The notes under the pieces: model-generated
Databases searched by the model: none
What the model was told of the DNA's origin: nothing
What the model saw: only the letters and a program-made list of their open reading frames with translations
Made by a program: the position numbers and the translations under genes
In this document: positions 39,997 to 52,559 of the stretch, piece by piece
Layout: each line of letters begins with the position of its first letter
Numbering within the stretch: position 1 is the first letter of the stretch
Origin: Mobula hypostoma
Lineage: Eukaryota
NCBI RefSeq assembly: GCF_963921235.1
Contig: NC_086097.1
Location: 137,828,001-137,892,000, forward strand
DNA length: 64,000 nucleotides
Direction: 5' to 3'

Positions 39997-42900
39997 CAGG
40001 ATTTTGACTGCACGCAGGTATTTGCAGCAATTGAATCAGAAAGACTGCAATTAGGAGAGATTGATGTTGAACAGTTTGTGTTTATGCTGAAGCCCAGATT
40101 GGGAGCTTGAGTGACAGCACCCTCTTATTTCACTCTGCTGTTCGCAATGAGCAATGTCTGTGGTTGACTTTAGCAGGAAGATTGGAGTTTGAGTAGCACT
40201 AATTTCTTTTGTGACCAGCAATTATTCAATTGGCTAAATGAGTTAAATTAATGTCTATAAATTTATGGAAACGGTGCGACGAGACAGCACAGGAGAATGC
40301 CATTTGGCTCTGACTAGCTCATACCATGATCTTTCCCCACAGCTTTGCACATTTTACTGATGCAGGAAATGCTTTTTGACTAATGTTCAATGCAGACTTT
40401 CTGCTGCAGAAGTTGAATTATTTGGAATTAAATGAAATGCTTGAGGGCGAGTTAAAGGTTAGGATGTGAGCGACACCGTTACACTGGGAGTGGGGGCTGG
40501 TGTACACCAAAGCAAAGCACGACTCAGCTCCAGACTTGTTGCAGGTGCTGTGAAATACCAGCTTGGAAATGGACCATTTGGCCCCCTGTGCCTACATTTC
40601 AGCTCTACAGAATCTAACCACCCCCCTCACAACCCCTCTCCAACTTACATCGCCATCTCCTCCTGCTCTTTTCTCCCTGGTGTGTTTATCCAGCTTCCCA
40701 CAGTTGTTCACAAGGGAGCTACAAATCTCTCTGGCAGATTCATACTCTAAGCGACCAAGCTGTATGAACGTGCAGGGCAGCAGCTTCTGGAAGGCAACCT
40801 CCAGGCAGATTCCATCAGGTAACTTAGAGATAACCAAGGAGGAGAATTCACCTCATTTGCGTCTCAACCAGAACAAAAATCTGTAAAGAAGCAGCTTGTT
40901 TGAAGAAACTGAGTGTCCGGTGGTGTGGTAGGCAGAGCTCGCAATGTTCCAGTTAAAGTGCCCGCACTCTGCTTGTAGGAAGCCAGACGGCAAGTGGCCG
41001 GGTTGGAGAGGGTTGCTGGGGTCCACCAAGGCTGCACGAATGGTGGAGGAGAGATGTCCTGTTCCCACTGAGACACAGCTGGGCGGTCATGACTGCACCC
41101 CCACCCCAACCCCTCCCCCCCCCCGGGTCTGGATTCAGTGTGGCTAGCAGTTCAACAACCTCACCCAAGCTGTTGAGGCCACTGAGAGTTTTTTCTCAAA
41201 TGCCATCTCCTGTCAATGGTTTCTCCAAACATGGCCCTTGCACTGATGACTGCACCCCACCACCGACCTGCCAACGTTCTCTCTCAGCCTCACATTCACA
41301 GACTCCCTCTCCCTCTCACTCTCAGCAGTTCCTGCAGCCTCGCCTCCAGTCTCACAGCTCCAGCACACTCCCACCTGTCAGCATAAGTCATGGTTTATTA
41401 TTGTCACATACACGTGGACACAGTGAGGAGTTTTGTTAGCGTACCGCACAGACAGACAATTCTGTATGTGCAGTAAGGGCATTGAAGCAATAAAATGGAA
41501 AACAGAACGCAGATTGTTCAACCATGACTGAGTGAACGTGTACGATTCTGGGTCCACTGGAGGCTGCAGGCTGCAGAATATGGATGTCTTGGGTTTAGAG
41601 GGACTGTCTATGTGTGTCGGTGGGAGGGAAGAACAGGGTCTTGTTTTGCAGTTATTGTTTAGTTGCTTGTTGTGCTCTGTGTTGTTCTGCCGGGCATTGT
41701 GGGCATTCTATGTTGGTGCCGGACTGTGGTGACACTTATGGGCTGTTAATTGCTAACGCAAGTGACACATTTCACCGTATGTTTTGATGTGCATGTGATA
41801 AACACACATGAATCTTGATCCTAACAGCTGACTCACTCGATTGGGTTGTGGGGCACAGGGCAAAGGTGAAGGAAGAGAGTGTGGGTGAGCCAGCCCCTAG
41901 GCTGGTACGTCAGTGTTGCTTGGGCCCTGCTGCCAGGTTGTGGTCAGGGCACACACCACCCCAGCACCCGTGATCCCACAGTCAGCTCCATCCTGAAAGC
42001 TGCAGAATGTGCAAGAGGGCACCTCTACCATGACCCCTGTACTCTTCTCCTGCCAGGTGACTGCGCACGGTGACCTGTCCCAGCCGAGGGACTTGGAGCA
42101 TGGAAAGGTGGTGGGATCCAGGACACTTGTGGCCTCAGCTTGGTCTGTGGTTCATTCCGGCCCAAGTGCCAGCTCTCCGGGCTGGCTGCTGGCAGAGGGT
42201 CCAGCCGAAAACCACTGGACAGGTTCAGTCTGGCAGGTGCGGGCAAAGTGCAGTGTTGGGGAGGTGATATCCCAGCTCCATTGCAACACAGAGCAGGCAT
42301 CAAGTGCCCGGGTGCTGCAGTGAGCACTGGATCTGCACTGGGGGTTGCAGGCTCTGCGGCTGCTCCATCTCTCCTCCAGCTGCACAGTCGGCTGCAACTA
42401 CTGCACTGTGCCAATGTCCACAAGGGTTCGGAAAGCACGGCTCCTCCTCCGATATCTGGCCTGAGGTGCTGCAGGACCTCCTTGAGGCACAGGCTTCCTA
42501 CCCTCTCTCAGTGTGCGGCCAATTGCGATGCCAGCCCTCCTGCCGACACTTGTGGCCTGGGCTGCCAGCTGGTGTTACTGCCGTACCCCCACCACTGCCT
42601 GGGACCTGGGCCGCAGAAGATGCCAGATTCCATTGTGCAGGCAGCTCACTCACTGTTTCCTGGAGGGATCGGTTCGGGGAGGGGCTATCTGAGCACAAGG
42701 GGCAGAGACCGCTTCCTGCTAAGGGCCATTTTCTCCCCATCCCTCCTTCTCCACCCACCTCTGTTCTTCCAGCTCTCAGCTCCCACTGGCCATTCTCCCA
42801 ACGAGACTCTAAGTGCAATACTTGTTACATCACCCGTGCCTGGAATTAAAGAACTTCTCTACAGAACTCTTGAGGGCAAAATCATTTTCCACCTGCCTCT

Positions 42901-44139
42901 CCACTCCCCTTGACTTTAGCAGGTCTAAAGAACTCTGAGGAACATCCATACCTGGCCCAGAAGCCATCAGGACTGGAGCCATAGCTAGTTCCTGTATGCT
43001 GAGGCAGGGCTTGTACTCGCTGGCCAGGGCTGGGTCAACCCATTCAGCTCCTGCTCCACTGACCATAGTCACATCTGCCCATTCTGTGTGCTGCCCAAAG
43101 CAGTCAACTGTGCCAACAGCCTGGCATGGCTCAGTGTGCCAGCACCTCATTGGCATATTGGAATGAGGTCAGTCCCAACAAACTGTGCACCCCAGGGGCC
43201 AAGTTACTTAGGAGGGTTCATACAAGCAGCCAGTCACGAAAGGGGTTTTAACACATCAACTTCAGCCGCAGGCTCAGGTATCAGAAATGGAAAAGTAAGG
43301 AAACTGTTTCCTGGAGCGAGAAGAGCTGTAAAGGTCATAGGCAGCACCTGGTGGGCAGGGCAACGTTGAGGATGTGATGTTTGGGGTGAGATGTTCGGAC
43401 ACAATTTTCTCAAGCCCCTGGCATTATTTCCATTGCTTTCTTAATTCAAATAATACATAGACCCATTGTTTCTGTACCTCAACACCCCCATACTGGGTGG
43501 ACACACAATAGTGTCTATCACAAACAAGGTTGGAAATATTAATGTGCAGTGCGTTGTGTCTAATAGGCGGGTAGAGGAAGGAGGTAGAAAGTGTGTGTGT
43601 GTGTGTGTGTGTGTGTTGAAAAGGAAAAAGAGTGAGGGAAAGCGTTCATGAGAAAGAAAGCGTGTGAGAGTGTCAGAGAATTAATGTGTATGTGTGAAAG
43701 AATAGTGAGAGTGTGAGAGTAAATATAAGAAAGGAATATGTCAGGATGTGAGAGGAAGAGGAAGTGTAAGAAAGTGAGGGATGTCAGACAGAGTATGCGA
43801 GAGGGAATGTCTTAGCATGCCTGAGCGAGAGGCTCAAGATATATGAGAGAATATGAAAGAAAAAAGGGATTACAGCAGAAGTTGACAAATCTGTCCACAA
43901 TTGGCAGCAATTTAAACTGAAAGTAAAGGAGCTAAATTGTACGGAATTTGCTGTAATCTCCAACTGTGCTCTGCTTTTATTAAAACAGCTGGTTTCAGAT
44001 CAGTTCACAGAGGCACACAATTTATTCTAATTGTCTCCGGTAACATCGCTGTTCACTAAAACATAATATCACAAGGCATGGCTGGCAGCTGCTGAACGGA
44101 CTCTCTGAAATCCCATCCAAAGCAAACTCCAAAGATTTC

Positions 44140-44629
44140 ACTGGTGCCTTATCAGGAGGAAGGTGCTCTAAAGCAGATAAGGAAGCTGGACCATTGCACA
44201 GGCTCGGGGTCATTAGGCACTGTTTCTTTTTGGTAAAATGATCCCTTTGCAACTTGGGTATCAGAGACTCCCAGCACAGTGCCGCACACATTCCTGTCAA
44301 AGCCTCTCTCTGGGCTGAAGTCTCTCCGTTCCTCAGTCAGGATCAAGAGGGAAGTGCAGCTCTGGACTCCAGTCTATGGGCTGAAGAAGCTTTATTGGCA
44401 CCGCAGAAAAATCTGAGTGTTTACGTCGAAGATCTAGTGCTGAAGTGTGCAAGGGAGAGAAAAACGCCGACTTCCATTTACTCGTCTTCTCATATTTCAG
44501 AAGGTTTTTTAAAATCATCTGATCATGGTCCGGTTCTAATGTAATATTGTTTGGGACGGTGCAATTTGGGAGGAGCAGCCGTACCAGTGTTTCAGACCTT
44601 GCTGTCCGAGAGGAGGTGAGAGCCGGAGG
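44140..44629 (+). promoter_or_regulatory. Putative proximal promoter / 5' UTR of the angiopoietin gene
   Basis: TE-free sequence directly upstream of the ATG; inverted GATA pair (CTTATC 44148, AGATAA 44175) next to GGAA cores; CATTCCTGTCAA at 44289. Confidence 0.5.
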
Positions 44630-44929
44630 ATGTGGGTGATGGATTCTCTCTCTGTGGCTCTGCTGTGGGCAGCCCTGGCTCAGGCTGGCTGCGGCGGGCA
44701 GTCCCGGGGCACCGAGGGGGGCCGCAGGCGCCTGAACAGGGTCCAGCACGGGCCATGCAGCTACACCTTCATCTTGCCTGAGCTCGAGGGCGGCTGCCGG
44801 GGTCCTGCTGAGAGTCACAGCACCAACTCCCTGCAGCGGGACGAACCGCCGCTGGAATCGGACTGGCCCTCGCAGAAGCTGCAGCGGCTGGAGACGCGGT
44901 CCGACAACAACACCCAGTGGCTGCGCAAG
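44630..44929 (+). CDS. ANGPT4: Angiopoietin first coding exon (signal peptide, superclustering domain, start of coiled coil); ANGPT1/ANGPT4 subfamily, probably ANGPT4
   Basis: MWVMDSLSVALLWAALAQAGC..RRLNRVQHGPCSYTFILPE..C..NSLQRD..SQKLQRLE..NNTQWLRK; 100 codons ending at the phase-0 donor AAG|GTAGGA (44930), where angiopoietin exon 1 ends; CpG-rich. Family call is firm, paralogue call is not. Confidence 0.88.
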
Positions 44930-46289
44930 GTAGGACCTCCCTCCCGCCCTTGCTTCCTGCCCCCTGTGCCTGCGTGAAGGTAACCCTCTGGGTGGGCAGC
45001 ATGCCACGGCAGAGATGCCAACATGGCACTGGTGGAAGGACCAAGGAAGGGCATCCCACATCTCCTTAGTTACCTCAGGCTCACTATCCCAGCACCCTCA
45101 CCATTGCTGTCTCCAACCACTCGCTCATCCAGCACAGCCTCCTGTCCTAAACTCACCCTCCTCACCTGCCCCAGCTGACTGGCTGCGTTTTCAATCATTC
45201 CCAAATCCTCCGTTTATCCTACTCCAAGCTCACGGTCCACCATGGCTGCAAACCCCAGTTCCGTCCTCCCTCTCATCCCCATCATTCCACCACCCCTGCC
45301 TTCAGTTGCCCTCATCCAAAACTCCTTCCTTATGCCTCCCTTCCTCTTCCTTCTCCTTCACTGTCCAGGTCCCCAGTTCACTCTGGGACTCTCTCCCTAC
45401 ACTTCCCAGCCTCTCCTTCCTTTTCCAGCAGCCTAACCCCTGAGTTCTCCAGCTCCCTAACCCGCTCTCCAACTCTCTCTCTCTGTCTCTCTCTCCACAT
45501 CTAAGACCTCCCTTGGTGTGAATGGGCTTCCGTCCGGACATCTCCTTTACCTTGGTGTACCTGGGACTGTTCTCCATGTTAAACGAGCTGCGGGGGTGGG
45601 GGAGTGGGGGGGCCTTCTGCAAATTGTTGCGACCCAGTGCTCTAAAGCAGGTTTAGTGCCACACTGGCTCGGTCTCGCTGTGGTGTAGGTCTCGCACCGA
45701 GACCACCACCGGGACACCCCCGACTGGGCGCTTCACTAAAGCCACGCCATGACCTGGGAAAACCCGAGAGAGAGATCCCTGAGGCGGTCAGTGTTGACGG
45801 TGCAGCGTTATACTGTACACCCTGTTTCTGGTTTATTATCACTGACATAGGTCGTGAATTTTTTTGTTTGTTTTTGTAGTTGCAGTACCGAACAAAGCAT
45901 AAACTGCCCGTTGTGTATGAGTCAGTACCGTCTGCGGGAAAGGGAGGGGGTGCTTCAGGTTCTCGCCCCCTGGATCGAACACGGGGTGTTTTGTAGCACA
46001 ATTAGGGGTAAATTTGGCGCGGAGAGTGCGATAATTAAGGGTGGCGTTGACACGGAGCGAGTGCCGCCTGGTCAATCCGGACGGTTCTGGGTTCGTCCAG
46101 CATTGCGAGCCCCAGGAGACCCGACCTTCAAACACGGCCGGGTGCTGGGACCAGGAACCAGGCTCACACCGGCGTGACAGGTCGCTGCTCCGCCTGGCGG
46201 CAGGTAGATGGAGCTCGGGATCCGACGGCCGAGGGGTGGAGTTCGGGAGGTGTGGTAAGGGGGTGGGGTGTAGTGGAGTTGGCACGGCG

Positions 46290-46946
46290 CTGTACCCCTG
46301 TAACGGGAGTGTGGGTGACACGCTCTCCTCTCCAACTCCACTGTACTCATGTAACCAGGGAGTGAGGGACACACTCCCCCCTCCACTGTACTCATGTAAC
46401 CAGGGAGTGAGGGACACACTCCCCCCTCCACCTCCACTGTACTCATGTAACCAGGGAGTGAAGGACACACTCTCCCCTCCACTGTACCCCTGTAACGGGA
46501 GTGTGGGTGACACGCTCTCCTCTCCAACTCCACTGTACTCATGTAACCAGGGAGTGAGGGACACACTCCCCCCTCCACTGTACTCATGTAACCAGGGAGT
46601 GAGGGACACACTCCCCCCTCCACCTCCACTGTACTCATGTAACCATGTAGTGAGGGACACACTCTCCCCTCCACCTCCACTGTACTCATGTAACCACGGA
46701 GTGAGGGACACACTCTCCCCTCCACCTCCACTGTCCTCATGTAACCAGGGAGTGAGGGACACACTCCCCCCTCCACTGTACTCATGTAACCAGGGAGTGA
46801 GGGACACACTCCCCCCTCCACCTCCACTGTACTCATGTAACCATGTAGTGAGGGACACACTCTCCCCTCCACCTCCACTGTACTCCTGTAACCAGGGAGT
46901 GAAGGACACACTCCCCCCTCCACTGTACTCATGTAACCAGGGAGTA
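46290..46946. repeat. Minisatellite of 45- and 51-bp units (13 full plus 1 partial)
   Basis: Unit CTGTACTCATGTAACCAGGGAGTGAGGGACACACTCCCCCCTCCA(CCTCCA). Confidence 0.95.
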
Positions 46947-47552
46947 GCAGCAACATCTCCCAACCTCTGCCTGTTCCCCCTGTAACTGGGAAGTGAGCAA
47001 CATCCTCTCAGCCTTTACACCTGCACCTGTGTCTCACTGCATTTGTACATCTGACAATGGACTTGATGGGAGGCAGCTCCTGGAGCTGTGCCAGGTACAG
47101 GCGCATTTTCTCCCCATCTCCCTCTGTGAACCCAGTTGGAACTGTGAGCCTACTGTACCTTCTTTACAGTCTGCGCCTCGGGCAGGCTGCAATAAAGACA
47201 GCGAGGATGATATCAGGAGGAGAGATACAGTGGCATCTGTACTCTGGAGCAATGAGCTTTTAAGATTAAGACAAGTGTCCGCTGATCAGCAGAGCGAAGG
47301 TGTCTACACTTGTGGGGAGAGGAAAACCAGAGACTAGCGATGGAAAAGAGTCCCCATTCACATGAGAAATTCATGTTAGAATGCCCAGTCATGTAACCTG
47401 GAGGTGCGGAGTGAGAAACAGAGAGCAGGGTGGGGATTTAAAAAAAACAGGGCAGGGAGATTGAGTTTCAGAATTAGATCGCCGAAACATGTTGTGAAAT
47501 TTGTTGTTTTGTGGCAACAGTACAATGCAAGACATTTTAAAAAATTATAATA

Positions 47553-48275
47553 CATGCAGTGGCCACTTTATTAGGTACAGGAGTGGAACCCAGTGTGATC
47601 TTCTGGGGCTGCAGCCCATCCACTTCAGGGTTTGATGTGTTGTGCTTTCAGAGATACTCTCCTGTTGTAATGCATGGTTATTTGATGTGTTGTGCTTTCA
47701 GGGATACTCTCCTGTTGTAATGCACAGTTATTTGGATTTGCCTTCCTGTCAGCTTGAACTAGTCTGGTCATTCTCCCTTGAACTTTCTAACTAACAAGGC
47801 ATTTTTTGCCTGCGGAACTGTTGTTCCTGGATGCTTTTTGTTTGTTTGCACCCTTCTCGGTAAACTCTAGGGACTGTTGTGTGTGAAAAATCCCAGGAGA
47901 TCAACAGTTTCTGAGATACTCAAACCACCCAGTCTGGCACCGACAATCATTGCATGATCGAAGTCACTTAGAGCACACTTCTTCCTCAGTCTAATGTCTA
48001 AACCCCTTAGTCCACGGGTGGCCAACCTTTTACATTCCATGCGTCAATTTTTTCACGCACAAGTTCAGATGCGATTTTTTTCATGCACGAGTTCTATATT
48101 AACATATTTTTACAAGAATTGAATGGGGGTAAAAGAGCTGTATGGCGCATCTGAACTCGTGAATGAAAAATTTGATGCATGGAATGTAAAAGGTTGGCCA
48201 CCCCTGTCTTAGTCATATCCTATATTTACATATTTTTATGCATTGAGTTGCTGCCACATGATAGGATTACTAGAT
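47553..48275 (-). mobile_element. Non-autonomous Tc1 derivative, truncated, with a 50-bp tandem duplication (47631-47730) and a nested MITE
   Basis: TA followed by CATGCAGTGGCCACTTTATTAGGTACAG; body homologous to the 9786 and 11101 copies. Confidence 0.8.
48013..48206. mobile_element. hAT (Charlie/Buster-like) MITE
   Basis: TIRs of about 55-60 bp starting CA(C/G)GGGTGGCCAACCTTTTACATTCCATGC; 8-bp TSD CCTTAGTC/TCTTAGTC with central TA. Confidence 0.85.
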
Positions 48276-48646
48276 CGCAAACAACAGGAATTCTGCAGAT
48301 GCTGGAAATTCAAGCAACACACATCAAAGTTGCTGGTGAATGGTTGCTGGTGCCGCTAATGCCCCACCTCCCCCTCGTACCCCATCCGTTATTTATTTTT
48401 ATACACACATTCTTTCTCTCTCTCTCCTTTTTCTCCCTCTGTCCCTCTGAATATACCCCTTGCCCATCCTCTGGGTCCTCCCCCCCCCGCCCCGTCTTTC
48501 TCCCCGGACCTCCTGCCCCATGATCCTCTCATATCCCCTTTGCCAATCACCTGTCCAGCTCTTGGCTCCATCCCTCCCCCTCCCCCTCCAACTTACAAAT
48601 CCCTTACTCACTCTTCCTTCAGTTAGTCCTGACGAAGGGTCTCGGC
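48276..48646 (+). mobile_element. Penelope-like fragment (short inverted end plus pLTR truncated inside the hammerhead)
   Basis: Homologous to 54015-54999; ends AGTCCTGACGAAGGGTCTCGGC. Confidence 0.8.
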
Positions 48647-51119
48647 AGGGAAGGTGCAGTGCAGGTGGACAAATAAAGTGCAAGGGCCACATTGAGGTCG
48701 ACTGGGAGATCAAGAGTTCATCTCTTAGCAGCGGTGTCCTTCAAACTCTTAAATCTTCAGAATTCTTCATCATGAGAGATACAAAACAGAAACAGGCCAT
48801 GCTGACCACAAAACACCCTTTTACACTAATCCTATTCTTTACTCTCATCAACAACCCCACAGATCCTGCCCCTCCACTGCAGAGAAGAGAAGGGATTTAA
48901 AGGGCAATTGTCCTTCTTAAGTACTGAAAGTGGCAAAGAAACCTCACTCCTTAGTAGCTCCTGCCTGAGATGGTAATTCAAAGGGATGTGGTGGTTTTGA
49001 CACTGAAATCCAATCCCCTCCTCTTCCCCCAACCTCATGATCACATCTGTGACCAGCTGTCCTTTGAAAATCAGCAGCGGGCCGCTGAGAGGAGGGGACC
49101 TGGCCTAAGTTTTGCTCCATTCCATAAGTCCACAGGGAAAGAGGCAGAAACTGGGCCTCTCCTTAACAAAATGGACGACTAAATCCACAATTGCCATCCT
49201 TGAGCCAGCAAACCTGTGGCAGAGATAGTTCAGTGTAAGGTCATTCGATGTTGGGATTCCTGCTTCCTTTCAGAGGTGGGGATGTTCTTGGGATCAGTCA
49301 CAGGCACAATGTGCCAAGGGCTGGGGTGAGTGGGAGGTGATCATAAAGAGTCAGCAAGGCTTGAGGGAACTTTGGATTATCTTGCGGAGGTCTCCAAAGA
49401 CAAGTGGTAAAGTTCCGAACATCAGTGTAGCCACGCCAAGTGGGTTGGTAAAAGGCTATGGATAGAATGATGCCCTCTGATTGACAGGATGTGACCAGTG
49501 TCATTCCCTGGGGAATTGTTCTGCAATCTCATCTTCTCACTACTTAGAGGAGTTGCTTGGTGAAGGAGTGGAGACGTATATACCCAAGCCTGGAGATGTC
49601 CCATTGGTTGGGTAGGCCAGGGCAGGGAGGGTCTGTGGACTTTGGGAAACTGTAAAATAGGTGATGTTGTACTGGCTGTTCACTCACTACACTCCTGGAT
49701 ATCAAATTTGTTGAATTCACAACTACCAGCAGTGAGCTGAGAAATCTGCAGCAGACCTTCTCAAGGAAGGTGGATTATGAGGTTTAAAGTGAAACCGGGT
49801 TCAACTCTGGGAACCATCTAAGGAAGCAGTGTTGAACTGCAAGAGTTAACCTATCAGGCAGGTTGCACTTATCAGAGTTATACTCACCTGAGTTTAGAGG
49901 ACTGATGGTCGATTGTGAGGCGGGTGCTCATGGGGAAATGACTTACTTTGGTGAGGGGAGACCAGAAGAGGCACAGACCCAGCCAGTCAGGACAAAGTCA
50001 GGAAGCACCTCTCCACACAGAGACGGAGGGAGTCTGGGTCTTTCCCCAGCATCACTATGGATGCTGCACATCCATTTCAAAATGGAGACTGCGGATTGAA
50101 GTCGACATTTCAGGCTGGGACCCTGCAGCAGCGTCGCAAAAATGTCTATTTATGCCGTGGGCTTCCTCAGTTGCTGCTCACTCACTTTTTTTTCAGTTTC
50201 CTGTTTTTGTTCTAGATTACAACACATGCAATCTTTTGTTTTTATTGACAAATCTATATTTGATAAAGTAATTGAAAGGTATGTGTGTAAGAGGCCAGGT
50301 TACAAGTGTGTCTGTGTATTTGACTGTGTGTGTGTGTGTGTGTATGAGAGAGTGAAATTCAGAGAGAGCATGTGAGCGTGCATGTTCGAAGAACAATGTA
50401 AACCAGTTCTTTTTAAGGGCTATTGCTGCCCTGGGAGTTCTTTTGTAGTTACTACTCCAGTCCATTTTCGTCTGCTTCAGGCAGGTGTTTTCTCTCAGAA
50501 TAAAGTTGTTCCCTTGGGCGCAATTGCTCACCATTAGCATATAGAAGAGATGAGATGGGATATACTCCGGCTGAGATCAGCTGCCTGGCTGGATGAAGAA
50601 CATACTGCTGCACTGGGTTTACAATGAACGTTAACTCCACTGCTTCAGCACAGCTAACCCAAGTACTTTCCACCTTTGATTCGTCTCTTGGGTGTTTGTA
50701 ATGCAAAGCGAGAGCCAGTTAAATTTTTTACACTGGCTGAATGAATTCGTCTTAAATTATGCAAATTATTCTATCCTGCTGAGACCAGGGTATGCTGGAA
50801 ACACAACTATGTGTTAATGATGCTTACCATAATTACTGATCAGGTTACCCAGTGGGTTCATGGGCAGGTTGGCAAACTCCAGAACCAGTTTGCTCAATTT
50901 ACGCTGCCAATAGTGACTTTCACATCACCATCCTCCTGAACTGAACTTCCTCGGAAACCTTAAAAACCTGCCGCATTTGCACCTTAAGCTCAAGGCAGAA
51001 AGGTCAGGCTCAGAATTTTTTTAAGATCAAGGAAAAGGTTTATTCATAATAAAAATGTATACAAAGGAAGGAACAGTGCGAATCTTTCACATGCACGGTC
51101 AATACATGCAGTAGAGAAT

Positions 51120-51787
51120 GTGAATCGGAATCAGGTCTGTTGTCACTGACTTATATGTCATGACATTTATTGCTTTGCAGCAGCCAAACAGTGCAAAGAC
51201 AAAAATTACTTTAAGTTACTAAATAAATTAGTAGTTCAGGAAAAGCGACAATGAAATACTGTTTGTGGACTCATGGATTGTTCAGAAATCTGATGGCAGA
51301 GGGGAAGAAACTGTTCCTAAGTCGTTGAGTGTGTCTTCAGACTCCTGTATCTCTCTGCAGTTTAAGGAACGCTTAGGTTTCCCTCTTCCCTCCACACTTG
51401 TAACAAAAAGAGGGCATATCCCATATGGTGAGTGCCCTTAACGATGGACATTGCCTTCTTGAGACACTGCCTCCCGGAGATGTCCTCTGATGGGGAGGGT
51501 TGTGCGTGTAATAGAACTGGCTGCGTCTACAACCCTTCTGCTACTCCGTGTGATACTCTCCATTGGCACCTCTGTGCCAGGCTTTGATGCAACTGGTCAG
51601 AATGCTTTCTACCATACAGCTGTAGGAATGTTGCAAGGGTGTTTGTTGACATGCCAAATCTACTCAAATTTCTAATGAAGTGGAACCACTGTTATGTCTT
51701 CTTTGTGATGATATCAATGTGTTGGGACCAGAATAAATTCTCTGGGTGTTGACCCTGGGAACTTGAATTTGCTCACACTTTCCACCT
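51120..51787 (-). mobile_element. Rex1/Babar 3' portion
   Basis: Homologous to 56660-57340. Confidence 0.75.
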
Positions 51788-51799
51788 TAAGTAGGGTTA

Positions 51800-52215
51800 A
51801 CTTATTTTTTAAAACCATAGCACCATTGCCACTTAAGTGTATGAAGGTTTTCCTCATCACACTCAGCTCCTCCATGTGCGGTAGCAGGAGAGGCCTGGAC
51901 TACTGACCTTCCCCACAGAGTCATTGTACTGGCTGCTCCCTCAGTACGTACTCCTGTAGCCTGGAATGTGCCAGTTGGCATCACTCCCATGTAGACACCT
52001 CGCTGTGCTGGAAGACCAACAAGTTTTGGGCAGACCAAAAGGATATTCACTGAGTTAATGACCTTCCAGTGGCACTTAATGCCTGTCTCTATTCATGTCC
52101 CTGGGAACTGCTCGTAGATTAGAGAGTCCTTTGTTATGCAGCTGTTTGGGATGAAGTGAGACAAGGAATTTCTCCATCTTTCTCCGTACCCTCAGCAGTC
52201 TGCTAACAGAGTAAA
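51800..52215 (-). mobile_element. Degenerate Tx1-like LINE 3' end
   Basis: Reverse strand FPGT..IKCHWKVINSV..EYVLR..LWGR resembles the recalled Tx1 ORF2 C-terminus. Confidence 0.45.
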
Positions 52216-52330
52216 GTGTCTCATAACAATATGCTAACCACTATTGCAATGCCAGCCGGTCGATCTATCCCAGAACAGTTCACTTTTAACTGCAGCGAAT
52301 GAATTATTGTTGGAGGTATTAGAAATTCCT

Positions 52331-52434
52331 AGCAACACACTCACAAAGTGCTGAAGGAACTCAGCAGGTCAGGCAGCATCTAAGGAAATGAATAGAGGGT
52401 CGACGTTTCTGGCCGAGACCCTTCTTCAGGACTG
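52331..52434 (-). mobile_element. Penelope-like terminal fragment with a hammerhead motif
   Basis: Reverse strand CAGTC-CTGAAGA-AGGGTCTCGGCCA-GAAA-CGTC-GAC followed by AGATGCTGCCTGACCTGCTGAG. Confidence 0.8.
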
Positions 52435-52559
52435 ATTTATATATTTTAATCATCACTTTTTGTTACTCTCTCCCAGTCCAGTCTCTTTGTTTGTCCTTCC
52501 ACGCCTCATTTACTTTTAGTTCACCTAGTTTCTTCCCCTTTTAGTCCAGTATCTTCCTC

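Noticed and set aside
39464..40110. Hydrophobic membrane-protein-like ORFs
   Set aside because: Translation artefact of CT-rich low-complexity DNA
42025..42913. 257-aa and overlapping ORFs in a GC-rich stretch
   Set aside because: No recognisable motif or splice structure; open frames explained by GC content. It may be a decayed TE, but I cannot assign one
44930..44977. ORF extension VGPPSRPCFLPPVPA
   Set aside because: Lies past the splice donor; intronic read-through
44333..45061. 242-aa minus-strand ORF
   Set aside because: Antisense shadow of the GC-rich angiopoietin exon
46290..46946. CRISPR-like appearance of palindromic repeats
   Set aside because: No unique spacers, no cas genes, vertebrate context
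45839..46985. Three long overlapping ORFs (374, 314 and 294 aa)
   Set aside because: Produced by minisatellite units whose lengths are multiples of 3; open on both strands, no domain signature
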